39,336 nucleotides of DNA, from sequence record PV991107.1. One strand, 5' to 3'. The first letter of the stretch is position 1. Every line of letters starts with the position of its first letter. Positions 1-10,300 of the stretch are shown here, in pieces. The translations under genes were made by a program, and so were the position numbers. This DNA comes from a phage. The notes under the pieces are model-generated. The model saw only the letters and a program-made list of their open reading frames with translations. It was not told the DNA's origin and did not search any database.

Positions 1-634
1 AACGGCTCTCTTGTGTAACCTCCCAGCTGCATCCAACGAGAACATCGCTGGTCTGGGTACTGCGTCCGTACTGGAAGTTGGTACGAAAGCTGACCTCAAC
101 ACCCCGGCTAAACTGGGCGAAGCAATCATCGGTCAACTGACCATCGCTCGTGCGAAACTGACCTCCAACTACGTTCCTGCTGGCGACCGTTATTTCTATA
201 CAACGCCGGATAACTATTCTGCAATCCTCGCGGCTCTGATGCCGAACGCTGCTAACTATGCTGCGCTGATTGACCCAGAGACTGGTAACATCCGTAACGT
301 AATGGGCTTCGTGGTTGTTGAAGTCCCACACTTGACTCAGGGTGGTGCTGGTGAAACTCGTGGTGATGATGGTATCACTATTGCGACTGGTCAGAAGCAC
401 GCCTTCCCAGCTACTGCTACTGGTAATGTTAAAGTTGCTCTGGACAACGTTGTGGGCCTGTTCTCTCACCGTTCTGCTGTGGGTACTGTGAAGCTTCGTG
501 ACTTGGCGCTGGAACGTGACCGTGACGTTGATGCTCAGGGCGACCTGATTGTTGGTAAGTACGCTATGGGTCACGGTGGTCTGCGTCCTGAAGCTGCGGG
601 TGCGCTGGTTTTCACAGCAGCGTCAGCGGTCTAA
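1..634 (+). CDS. Major capsid protein (T7 gene 10A homolog), C-terminal ~211 codons; 5' part is at the window end (38971-39336)
   Basis: Open frame to TAA 632-634; translation (..NYSAILAALMPNAANYAALIDPE..KLRDLALER..KYAMGHGGLRPEAAGA..) matches the C-terminal half of T7 gp10A as I recall it; synteny (followed by Tphi-like terminator and gene 11). Confidence 0.9.
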   Translation, partial: TALLCNLPAASNENIAGLGTASVLEVGTKADLNTPAKLGEAIIGQLTIARAKLTSNYVPAGDRYFYTTPDNYSAILAALMPNAANYAALIDPETGNIRNVMGFVVVEVPHLTQGGAGETRGDDGITIATGQKHAFPATATGNVKVALDNVVGLFSHRSAVGTVKLRDLALERDRDVDAQGDLIVGKYAMGHGGLRPEAAGALVFTAASAV

Positions 635-897
635 CGACCTTTAAGGCCCTCTCTACAGAGGGTCCTACCTTAGAGACGTACAGTTCTACGGTGGGGACCA
701 GCCTGAAGGTTGACTTACCTGAGCTTTCAGATGTGACCGATTGGTCACTGCTTGAGGTGACTACGCCTGATGGTGTTAGCTACTCCCGTAGAACCAACAG
801 TCTCTACTTCAAGGCCACCTCTGGCGCGGAAGGTCTGGTGATTGTTGGGTATGACGGTTCGCCTGTGCGTTCCTTCAACGTATCTTTCACAAACTAA
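607..897 (+). other. Putative programmed -1 frameshift site (G GTT TTC, 607-613) and -1-frame extension producing a minor capsid protein (10B-like)
   Basis: The -1 frame relative to 10A is open from 559 to TAA 895-897; heptamer G GTT TTC lies 7 codons before the 10A stop, the same heptamer I recall at the T7 10A/10B shift site. Confidence 0.5.
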
Positions 898-903
898 TTG
901 AAA

Positions 904-939
904 CCCCTTGGGTGCCTTCGGGTGCTTGAGGGGTTTTTT
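904..939 (+). terminator. Tphi-like late transcription terminator
   Basis: CCCCTTGGGTGCC-TTCG-GGTGCTTGAGGGG followed by TTTTTT; 13-bp stem containing G-U pairs, UUCG loop, U-run; closely resembles T7 Tphi and sits at the same place (after gene 10). Confidence 0.7.
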
Positions 940-1056
940 GCTTAAAGTGAGGATGATTATGTTTTACTTACTTACAGCCTTGGGACTATTTGTTAGTTTC
1001 TGGGCGATTATATTATTAACCGGACCATGCAGTCCTTACGACAGATAGGAGGGAGT

Positions 1057-1623
1057 ATGGCTCAATACATTCCACTGAATGCTAACGATGACTTAGACGC
1101 TATCAACGATATGTTAGCTGCTATCGGTGAACCAGCAGTCCTACAGCTTGACGAGGGTAACGCTGACGTCTCTAACGCTCAACGTATCCTACATCGTGTC
1201 AATCGTCAGGTCCAAGCTAAAGGCTGGAACTTTAACATCAACGAAGCTGCTGTCCTGACACCTGATGTCCAAGACAATAGGATTCGATTCTTGCCGTCAT
1301 ACCTTCGTGTAATGACCGCTGGGGCCACCAGCTACTACAGCAACATGGGTGGATACCTGTACGACCTGTCCACTCAGTCGACCACTTTCACCGACCCTAT
1401 CACGGTAGAGCTTGTGGAGATGAAGCCATTCTCAGAGATGCCTGTGGTCTTCAGGGACTACATCGTCACTAAAGCTAGCCGTGAGTTCAACGCTAAGTTC
1501 TTCGGTAGCCCAGAGTCTGAACTGTACCTTCGTGAGCAGGAAGCAGAACTCTATCAGCAGGTCATGGAATACGAGATGGATACTGGTCGCTACAACATGA
1601 TGTCCGACATTGGGAGAGACTAA
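1057..1623 (+). CDS. Tail tubular protein A (T7 gene 11 homolog)
   Basis: ORF-track frame 1027-1623 trimmed to ATG preceded by AGGAGGGAG; protein MAQYIPLNANDDLDAINDMLAAIGEP..KGWNFNI..YIVTKASREFNAKFFG..MEYEMD resembles T7 gp11; synteny. Confidence 0.85.
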   Translation: MAQYIPLNANDDLDAINDMLAAIGEPAVLQLDEGNADVSNAQRILHRVNRQVQAKGWNFNINEAAVLTPDVQDNRIRFLPSYLRVMTAGATSYYSNMGGYLYDLSTQSTTFTDPITVELVEMKPFSEMPVVFRDYIVTKASREFNAKFFGSPESELYLREQEAELYQQVMEYEMDTGRYNMMSDIGRD

Positions 1624-3980
1624 TGCCACTAATTACTCAATCAATCAAGAACCTTAAGGGTGGCATTAGCCAACAGCCTGACATACTGAGGTTCTCAGAC
1701 CAAGGCGAGTCACAGGTTAACTGCTGGTCATCAGAGAGTGATGGCCTCCAGAAGCGTCCACCTACAGTCTTCAAGCGACGTCTTAACATCGACGTTGGGA
1801 GCAACCCTAAGTTCCACCTGATTAACCGTGATGAGCATGAGCAGTATTACATCGTGTTCAATGGGTCCAACATTCAGGTAGTTGACTTGAGTGGTAATCA
1901 ATACTCAGTGTCAGGTGCGGTAGAATACGTTACGTCCTCCAACCCACGAGATGACATCCGTGTCGTTACCGTGGCAGACTATACGTTCGTCGTTAACCGT
2001 AAGGTTGTCGTCAAAGGTGGAAGCGAGAAGTCACACTCTGGTTATAACCGCAAAGCACGAGCTTTAATTAACCTGCGTGGTGGGCAGTATGGTCGAACCC
2101 TTAAAGTGGGAATCAACGGTGGCGTTAAGGTCTCGCATAAGCTACCAGCAGGTAATGATGCCGAGAATGACCCACCTAAGGTGGACGCTCAAGCCATTGG
2201 TGCAGCTCTGAGAGACCTTCTTGTTGCTTCCTATCCTACCTTCACGTTTGACCTTGGGTCTGGCTTCCTGCTAATCACAGCTCCTTCAGGGACCGACATT
2301 AACTCAGTGGAGACGGAGGATGGCTACGCTAACCAGCTAATAAGCCCAGTCCTAGACACTGTGCAGACAATCTCTAAACTACCTCTTGCCGCTCCTAATG
2401 GGTATATCATTAAGATTCAAGGTGAAACAAACAGTAGCGCCGATGAATACTACGTGATGTATGACTCCAACACTAAGACGTGGAAGGAGACAGTGGAGCC
2501 GGGAGTTGTCACTGGGTTCGACAACACCACAATGCCACATGCTCTGGTAAGACAGTCTGACGGCTCCTTTGAGTTCAAGACTCTGGATTGGTCCAAGCGT
2601 GGTGCTGGTAACGATGACACAAACCCTATGCCTAGCTTCGTGGATGCTGCGATTAATGATGTGTTCTTCTACAGGAACAGGCTAGGGTTCTTGTCGGGTG
2701 AGAACGTAATCATGAGCCGTTCAGCCAGCTACTTTGCGTTCTTCCCTAAGAGTGTGGCGACACTGAGTGATGCTGATCCTATTGATGTAGCTGTAAGTCA
2801 CCCTCGAATCTCAATCCTTAAGTATGCCGTTCCGTTTAGCGAGCAGCTACTACTTTGGTCGGATGAGGTTCAGTTCGTGATGACAAGCTCTGGGGTCCTT
2901 ACCTCGAAGTCTATCCAGCTTGATGTAGGCTCAGAGTTTGCCCTAGGTGACAATGCCCGACCGTTCGCTGTAGGACGCTCAGTCTTCTTCTCAGCTCCTC
3001 GTGGGTCATTCACCAGTATTAAGCGATACTTCGCTGTAGCTGATGTATCTGATGTGAAGGATGCAGATGATACAACTGGTCACGTACTGTCCTACATCCC
3101 TAACGGGGTGTTTGATATTCAAGGTACAGGTACTGAGAACTACATCTGCGTCAACTCTACAGGTGCATACAACCGAATCTACATCTACAAGTTCTTGTTT
3201 AAGGACGGAGTACAGCTTCAAGCCTCTTGGTCACACTGGGAGTTCCCTAAAGATGATAAGATTCTGGCGTCTGCTTCTATTGGCTCTACCATGTTCATCG
3301 TTCGTCAGCACCAAGGAGGGGTAGACATTGAGCACCTTAAGTTCATCAAGGAGGCAACTGACTTCCCCTCAGAGCCATATAGACTACACATTGACTCCAA
3401 GGTGTCTATGGTAATTCCAATTGGCTCATATAATGCTGACACCTATAAGACTACGGTTGACATTGGTGCTGCTTATGGTGGCAACGCTCCGTCTCCCGGT
3501 CTGTACTATCTGATTGACAGTCAGGGTGCTTATGTGGACCTTGGGGACTTGTCCAGTATCTCTACTGTGATTACCCTCAACGGCGATTGGTCAGGACGTA
3601 CAGTGTTCATCGGACGGCCCTATCTGATGTCCTACAAGTTCTCACGGTTCCTGATTAAGATTGAAGATGATAGTGGCACTCAGTCTGAAGACACTGGTCG
3701 TCTACAGCTTCGTCGGGCTTGGGTCAACTACAAGGACACTGGCGCTCTGAGACTCATTGTCAGAAACGGTGAGCGGGAGTTCGTGAATACCTTCAACGGG
3801 TACACCCTTGGTCAGCAAACCATCGGTACTACAAACATTGGTGACGGGCAGTATCGATTCGCTATGAATGGTAACGCATTAACCACGAGTCTAACCTTAG
3901 AGTCCGACTATCCTACCCCAGTGTCCATCGTTGGGTGTGGCTGGGAGGCATCATACGCTAAGAAAGCTCGTTCAGTCTAA
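1623..3980 (+). CDS. Tail tubular protein B (T7 gene 12 homolog)
   Basis: 785-aa ORF, start overlaps gene 11 stop (TAATG); size and position match T7 gp12 (794 aa). Confidence 0.85.
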   Translation: MPLITQSIKNLKGGISQQPDILRFSDQGESQVNCWSSESDGLQKRPPTVFKRRLNIDVGSNPKFHLINRDEHEQYYIVFNGSNIQVVDLSGNQYSVSGAVEYVTSSNPRDDIRVVTVADYTFVVNRKVVVKGGSEKSHSGYNRKARALINLRGGQYGRTLKVGINGGVKVSHKLPAGNDAENDPPKVDAQAIGAALRDLLVASYPTFTFDLGSGFLLITAPSGTDINSVETEDGYANQLISPVLDTVQTISKLPLAAPNGYIIKIQGETNSSADEYYVMYDSNTKTWKETVEPGVVTGFDNTTMPHALVRQSDGSFEFKTLDWSKRGAGNDDTNPMPSFVDAAINDVFFYRNRLGFLSGENVIMSRSASYFAFFPKSVATLSDADPIDVAVSHPRISILKYAVPFSEQLLLWSDEVQFVMTSSGVLTSKSIQLDVGSEFALGDNARPFAVGRSVFFSAPRGSFTSIKRYFAVADVSDVKDADDTTGHVLSYIPNGVFDIQGTGTENYICVNSTGAYNRIYIYKFLFKDGVQLQASWSHWEFPKDDKILASASIGSTMFIVRQHQGGVDIEHLKFIKEATDFPSEPYRLHIDSKVSMVIPIGSYNADTYKTTVDIGAAYGGNAPSPGLYYLIDSQGAYVDLGDLSSISTVITLNGDWSGRTVFIGRPYLMSYKFSRFLIKIEDDSGTQSEDTGRLQLRRAWVNYKDTGALRLIVRNGEREFVNTFNGYTLGQQTIGTTNIGDGQYRFAMNGNALTTSLTLESDYPTPVSIVGCGWEASYAKKARSV

Positions 3981-4004
3981 CTTATTGAAGGGCCTATAGA
4001 TTTA

Positions 4005-4027
4005 CCTTAACTATCACTATAGGGACT
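4005..4027 (+). promoter_or_regulatory. Phage RNAP promoter (phi13-like position)
   Basis: CCTTAACTATCACTATAGGGACT; matches window consensus ACTAAACTATCACTATAGGGAGA from -13 to +3; +1 G about 4022. Confidence 0.75.
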
Positions 4028-4056
4028 ATAGGCCATTAAGGTTATAAGGAGACTTT

Positions 4057-4527
4057 ATGTATATTCGCAAGGCTACGGAACCGGATGTCCACTACTTTCT
4101 GTGGCATCTTTCAGCAGATGATGTTAATGAGTGCAAAGCAAACTACGGGTCAACCGTTGGTCTCTCTGAAAGACTGCTTAAGCACCTATCTCCGTCATCT
4201 GTGGTTTTAACGAACGGTGTAGGCGAAGTGTTTGCCTATGGTGGAAACCAAGGGGATAACGTATGGTTCTTGACTTCAGGTCTGGTCAACAAGCTGAGAC
4301 CTAAAGAGAAGCGAGAGTTCATAAAGCGTATCTCTGAGTACAGGGACTTAATGTTAGACCAATACGGGACCATCTGGAACTACGTGTGGTCAGGCAATAA
4401 GTCTCACATTAAATTCTTGAAGTTGCTTGGGGCTAAGTTCCATGATGATTGGACTATCAGCCCGGTAACTGGTGAGCGTTTTCAATTATTCACTATCTCT
4501 AAGGAGGACGTATGTGTGAACCCGTAA
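4057..4527 (+). CDS. Internal virion / assembly protein (T7 gene 13 position)
   Basis: 156-aa ORF with SD (TAAGGAGAC) upstream; call by synteny between gene 12 and gene 14. Confidence 0.65.
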   Translation: MYIRKATEPDVHYFLWHLSADDVNECKANYGSTVGLSERLLKHLSPSSVVLTNGVGEVFAYGGNQGDNVWFLTSGLVNKLRPKEKREFIKRISEYRDLMLDQYGTIWNYVWSGNKSHIKFLKLLGAKFHDDWTISPVTGERFQLFTISKEDVCVNP

Positions 4528-5099
4528 GTATCGGCATGGGTATCATGGCTGTAGCCGGGGCCACTATGTCCGCATCCCAGCAGGCCAAGGCCGAAGGTGC
4601 AGCAATTGACGCTCAGAACCGACAGGCTCAGGAAATGGTTAAGCAGATGAACTACTCTGACGCCAACCTGAAGATGCAGGAGCGAGACCTGAAGGAGCAG
4701 CAGATGGCTGAACTGACAGAGACCACGCTCAACGGTATACGAAATCAGGGTATGGTCAGAGCTGCGGTAGCTGAGTCCGGTCTGGAAGGTAACTCTATGG
4801 ACAGGATTGAACGTCAGGTCGAAGGAGATACAGTCAAGGAGCGAGCAGGGATTACCGAAAGTTACAACCGCGACTATGCGGCTATCTTCGGGAACCGTAT
4901 CGCCAACATTGAGAACACCAAGTCTGCTATCCGTGGTCAAGGTAAAATCATCAAGACCAGTCCACTGGCCCATGCACTTAATGTTGCTAACGCCGGGATG
5001 CAAGGTTACGCCGCTGGTAAGTCAATGTCTGGGACTTCAGGCTCTGGTGGTGCTGCACCAATTAGTGCTGCTAAAGGCACACCTACAGGTCATAGCTAA
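4512..5099 (+). CDS. Internal virion protein A (T7 gene 14 homolog)
   Basis: 195 aa (T7 gp14 about 196 aa); starts MC..; N-terminal hydrophobic segment; ..NSMDRIERQVEGD.. resembles T7 gp14; SD AAGGAGG. Confidence 0.8.
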   Translation: MCEPVSIGMGIMAVAGATMSASQQAKAEGAAIDAQNRQAQEMVKQMNYSDANLKMQERDLKEQQMAELTETTLNGIRNQGMVRAAVAESGLEGNSMDRIERQVEGDTVKERAGITESYNRDYAAIFGNRIANIENTKSAIRGQGKIIKTSPLAHALNVANAGMQGYAAGKSMSGTSGSGGAAPISAAKGTPTGHS

Positions 5100-5110
5100 G
5101 AGGAGGACTA

Positions 5111-7393
5111 ATGGCTAGTAATATTGAATCAGCTCTGGCTAATCGGACTATGGGTCGTGGCAGAGCGCCTGGTAAAACTATCGCCGTCAACTATCAAGCA
5201 GCCAGCGTTCAGGCTCCAACTGGTGACTCCGGTCTGGCTCGTGCGTTAACTAACTTCGTTGAGTCTGGGACAGGATTGTACAAGCAGTTCAAGGACGAGG
5301 AGAAGACCAGAGCTGACGAGCGGTCTAACGAGATTATCCGTAAGCTGACTCCTCAGCAAAGACGTGAGGCTATCCAGAACGGCACATTGCTGTATCAGGA
5401 TGACCCTTACGCTATGGAAGCACTTCGAGTCAAGACTGGTCGTAATGCTGCCTTTGCTGTAGACGACGAGATTAACGTTAAGATTCAGAACGGTGAGTTC
5501 CGTACACGTCAGGACATGGAAGAGTATCGCCACCAGCGACTTCAGGACGCCGCTAAGTCCTATGCTGAAGAGGCGGGTATTAACCCTACCGACGAGTTCT
5601 TCCAGCGTGGATTCAACGATAACATCACGGACCGAAACATCGCTATCTACGGGTCATTCAATAAGTATTTCAGCAAGCAGTCTGAAGAGACAGCAATGTT
5701 GAACACTCGTATTGAGATGAACTCGTTCCTTAACGATGGGAACCTGATGCGTTCACCTGAGTCTGGAAAGACCTTCATGGCCTACCTTCGTGATGGATTG
5801 ACGACTGCTGCTATACCTTCGGACCAGAGAGCACGTGAGGTCATTACCCAGACGGTCCGTGACGCAATCCAGAAGTCAGGAGGCTCAAACTTCCTACAGC
5901 AAGTCCGGGGCGAGCGTATCACCCTTAATGGTGTTGACGCTACCATCGAAGAGATTGTAGGACCTGACGTCTTCAATGCTGCTATGGTTGAGGCCCAAGG
6001 TACTGAGTATAAACTGGTGGCTAAGTATCAGGAAGACTTGTCGTTAGGCGTTCAGTCTGCGATTCTTCAGGATGACCCAACCATCGGTCTGGCCCAGATT
6101 CAGAAACTCAAGGAGCAGAACAACCTGCTTCAGCCGGGTGAAGAACTAACGCCTCAGCGTCAGATGCTTATTAATGCCGAAGCCAGCTTACTGGAAGCGG
6201 TCAAGCGTAAGTCTGCTGAACAGGCAAAGGAGAACACTAAGTTAATCCAGACCCAGAACAAGCAACTGGTCATCGACCAAGTTTATCAGCGACGTCTGGC
6301 TGGAGACAACGTGTCCACCAACTATGAGGACCTTCCGGTCTCTGAATCCACAGGAGAGTTCAAGCGTTCAGACATGAACAACTATGCGTCTGCTAAGCTA
6401 CAGCAGATTGACCAGATGGACATCCCTGAGGCTGCTAAGGACGCACAGAAGGTTGCACTATTAAGAGCTGACACTAACAACGGTCCGTTCCGTAATGCCT
6501 TCCAGACGCTGACTCAGGACGCTGCTGGTGAGTGGCAAGCTGCGGTCATCCGTGGGCAGTACGACCCAGACAAGATGCAACGCTTCGAATCTCTTCGTCG
6601 TGCCTACACTCAGGACCCTTCAAGTTTTTCTGCTCTGTATCCTGACCAAGCTCAGTTGTTCTCTACGTTCGACCAGATGGACAAGATGGGTCTGGACCCT
6701 CAGACGATGATTGAAGCTGATAAGCAAGCTGCAAGTCAAAGCCGTGAGATGCGCATGGAGTCAGACAAGGCGTGGCAGGAGTTGAAGAATGACTCTCGGA
6801 ATAAGGACCTTTCGCGTCTTCCTACGTCTCTGGACGCAAGTGCTCGTAAGGTCTGGGACTCATGGTACTATCGTACAGGTAACGCTGACGCTGCAACTCA
6901 GCAGACTCAACGCTGGCTGAACGAGAACACCGTAACGTTCCAGTCTGAAGGTTCTGACGGTAAATCCATTGGCATGGTGTCCAAGCACCAGCTTATGGTC
7001 GGGGATAACCCAGAGTCGTGGCAGGTGGGTCGAGACATTATCGACACAGCTCGTCAGCAGCTCATTAAGGCCAACCCTTGGGTAGTGAACTCTCAGTTGT
7101 CCGTTGTTGAACAGAACGGCTCTATCTTCCTCCAAGACGCTACGGGGACTATTCGTATTCGCTACGATAAAGAACTTGTAGGTAAACTCTACCGCGAACA
7201 ACAGCAGAAGGCACAAGATGCCGCATACGCTCAGGCAGAACGTGACGCTAACAAGCGAGCGCGTATCGTCGGGACTAAGGCTGCTGGTGACAAACGTCGA
7301 GCTGACCGAGAGGCCAACATCGAGAAGCGCGGAGGGATGTACAATGACGTCTCATTGGAGGGTATCGCAAACGTACTAATTGGTAAGGAGTAA
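5111..7393 (+). CDS. Internal virion protein B (T7 gene 15 homolog)
   Basis: 760-aa ORF, SD AGGAGG upstream; size and position match T7 gp15 (747 aa). Confidence 0.85.
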   Translation: MASNIESALANRTMGRGRAPGKTIAVNYQAASVQAPTGDSGLARALTNFVESGTGLYKQFKDEEKTRADERSNEIIRKLTPQQRREAIQNGTLLYQDDPYAMEALRVKTGRNAAFAVDDEINVKIQNGEFRTRQDMEEYRHQRLQDAAKSYAEEAGINPTDEFFQRGFNDNITDRNIAIYGSFNKYFSKQSEETAMLNTRIEMNSFLNDGNLMRSPESGKTFMAYLRDGLTTAAIPSDQRAREVITQTVRDAIQKSGGSNFLQQVRGERITLNGVDATIEEIVGPDVFNAAMVEAQGTEYKLVAKYQEDLSLGVQSAILQDDPTIGLAQIQKLKEQNNLLQPGEELTPQRQMLINAEASLLEAVKRKSAEQAKENTKLIQTQNKQLVIDQVYQRRLAGDNVSTNYEDLPVSESTGEFKRSDMNNYASAKLQQIDQMDIPEAAKDAQKVALLRADTNNGPFRNAFQTLTQDAAGEWQAAVIRGQYDPDKMQRFESLRRAYTQDPSSFSALYPDQAQLFSTFDQMDKMGLDPQTMIEADKQAASQSREMRMESDKAWQELKNDSRNKDLSRLPTSLDASARKVWDSWYYRTGNADAATQQTQRWLNENTVTFQSEGSDGKSIGMVSKHQLMVGDNPESWQVGRDIIDTARQQLIKANPWVVNSQLSVVEQNGSIFLQDATGTIRIRYDKELVGKLYREQQQKAQDAAYAQAERDANKRARIVGTKAAGDKRRADREANIEKRGGMYNDVSLEGIANVLIGKE

Positions 7394-7397
7394 CATA

Positions 7398-10300
7398 ATG
7401 GCGACTCGTGGTATTCGCAATAACAATCCGGGTAACATCCGGGTAAGTAAGGACCAATGGGAAGGAATGACTGGAGATGATGGTGCATTCGTCACCTTCG
7501 ATAGTCCAGAGTCTGGCGTCCGAGCTTTAGGTAAAAACCTGCTGTCCTACGGTCGCCGAGGTTATGACTCCATCGAGAAGATTATCAACCGATGGGCACC
7601 TCCTAATGAGAACGACACTAAGGCTTATATCGACTCAGTGGTGGCTGCAACTGGTATTCCAGCTACCCAGAGTCTCGACCTATCGGACCCTGACACCCTG
7701 TCTTCTCTGGCTCAAGCTATCAGCTTCCATGAGACAGGCTCCCGGTACGACCCTGAAGTCTATCAGAAGGGAGTCGCACGAGCACTCAATGGCATTAGCC
7801 CAAAGACTCCACCAGTAAGCGCTAACGTATTTGACGCACTCACGGAAGGACTCAAGGCTAAACCTAAAGTAGCTCTTGGTGAGAACCTTCCGACCGCTGC
7901 TGGTCTGAATATTGAGGGTCAAGCACCTGAAGCTCCCAACGAATCGTTCGGTGAGATGTTCTATACGGCTACTGGAGAGACCATGCAGGAACGAGAGGAC
8001 CGCTCTACGTGGTTCGGTTTCGGTGCTGCTACAGAAGCTGAAGTGAAGAACTCTATGGTAGGCGTGGCTATCCGCGCTGGTCAGACCGAGGACTCACTGG
8101 ATGTCATTGGCGATGTGTTTAACCCTACCAGATGGAACAACCATAAGTGGACTCGCGAGGAGCTGGACCAGATTCGTAACGCTGGGGTTCTGCCTCAGTA
8201 TTATGGAGTCATTACTGGTGGGTCTCCTCAGAACCTGACCGAGCTTATTAACTTGGCTCTTGAGAACCAGAAGTTGGACCAAGAGAAGGCCAAGGCTGGG
8301 ACTGGTGCTCAGTTAGCTGCTGGTGTGATTGGCGCTGGTGTAGACCCTCTGACATACGTTCCTATCGCTGGACAGGTTGGTAAAGGCGGTAAGTTGGTCA
8401 ACAAGATGTTCACCGTGGCTGCTCAATCTGGAGCACTGGCTGGTGTGTCCGAGATGGCCCGTACCTCAGTGGCTGGTGGTGATGCTCATGTGGCTGAAGC
8501 TATCCTTGGTGGTGCTCTCTTTGGTGGTGGTATGACTGCTATCGCTGATGGGTTAGGCAGAGCCTTGGGTCGCAACACTAATGAGTTTGCTGGTCCAGCT
8601 ACACGTCTGGAAGCTCGTGAGACCGCTCGTAACGTTGATGGTCAGGACCTGTCTCGTCTCCCTATTCAGGAAGGTGAGCAGACCTTTAGTCATCAAGGCG
8701 TTAAGTTCGCTGACGTTCCGAATGAGCCGGGTAGTGTACGACTGGAAGATGGTTCAATCCTGATTGGTGAAAACCCTCTGAACCCTAAGACACGTCAAGT
8801 CTTTGACGAAGTGATTGAGCCAGAACGTGCCGCTGCTGGTGTGAACCTTGGTGGGCTGACTGAGATTGGCCTGAAGCTGCTTCGGTCAGAGAACCCTGAG
8901 ATTCGTGGAGTCGCTGCTGACTTAGTGCGTTCACCAACTGGTATGCAGTCAGGGGCCTCAGGTAAAATCGGGACCACTGCGTCAGACGTATTTGAGAGAC
9001 TTCGTGCTGTGGACCATCGGTTCTACAACGACATCGACGACGCGGTTACTGAGGCGCTCAAGGACCCATACTTCCAGACAGCATTCTGGCGAGACTCTGG
9101 CGCATTCCGTCAGGACATCTACCAGCGTGTGTCTATGGCTATTGAAGACGGAAGTGGGAACCTGAAGGCTGAACTGACTCCGGGAGAACTGAAAGTATAT
9201 GACCTGCTGAAGAACCAGTTTGACGCCAAGCGTGAGATGATGGAGAACCCGGCGATGTTTGGTCGTCCAGACGCTCAGTCTATCTTTCCGGGTAGCCGCT
9301 TCAAGGGAACCTACGTCCCGCATGTGTATAGCAACCAGATGAAGGAGCTGTACATCAAGGAGCTTGGGAGTCCAGAGGCACTACAGGAGGCCATCAAGAA
9401 GTCATGGTTGACCAGCTATGCGTCTCGACCTGAGGTCAAGAAACGTGTGGACGAGGCACTCTTAGAGGCTGACCCTACGTTGACTCCAGAAGGACTTGCG
9501 GCTGCGGTCGATAAGTACGCCAACGATAAGGCTTATGGTATCTCTCACACCGAGCAGTTCGAGCGTTCATCCGTAATGGAAGAGAACATCAATGGTCTGG
9601 TTGGTCTGGAGAACAACAGCTTCCTTGAGGCTCGTAACCTGTTCGATAGCGATATGTCAATCGTCCTACCTAACGGTCAGACCTTCAGTGTCAACAACCT
9701 GCGTGAGTGGGACATGGACAAGATTGTCCCGGCCTACAACCGTCGAGTTAATGGCGATATTGCTATCATGGCTGGTACAGGCAAGACCACGAAGGATATG
9801 AAGGACTTGGTTGAGACCATGATGAACAAGGCTGGGGATGACGGTAAGTTGAAAGGTGAAGTATCTACCTTACGTGACACCCTGAAGATTCTCACTGGTC
9901 GTGCTCGACGTGATGGTGCTGATGATGCTGCCTTCGCTACCGTGATGCGCACGATGACAGACCTATCGTTCTTCGCTAAGAATGCCTACATGGGTGTTCA
10001 GAACTTAACGGAGATTGGTGGTATGCTGGCTCGTGGCAACGTTCGTGCAATGCTGCATGGAGTCCCAATTTTCCGTGACCTAGCCTTCCGTAACAAGAAG
10101 GTTGGGGCCTCAGAGATTAAGGACCTGCACAATGTTATCTTCGGTAAGGAACTGGATGACTCAATCCGTCCGTCTAAACAGGATGTCATTGACCGTCTGC
10201 GATCTTACAGTGACCTCGGTCGTGGTACAGCTACAGCTCTGGGGACTGCCAAGTATTACACTGGCGAACTTGCAGTACGCTCTCCGTTCACTAAAGTCCT

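Noticed and set aside
7564-7818. Short alternative-frame + strand ORFs inside large genes (e.g. 7564-7818, 10477-10755, 20038-20241)
   Set aside because: Embedded in other frames of strongly supported genes with no independent SD or conservation signal; most likely chance open frames
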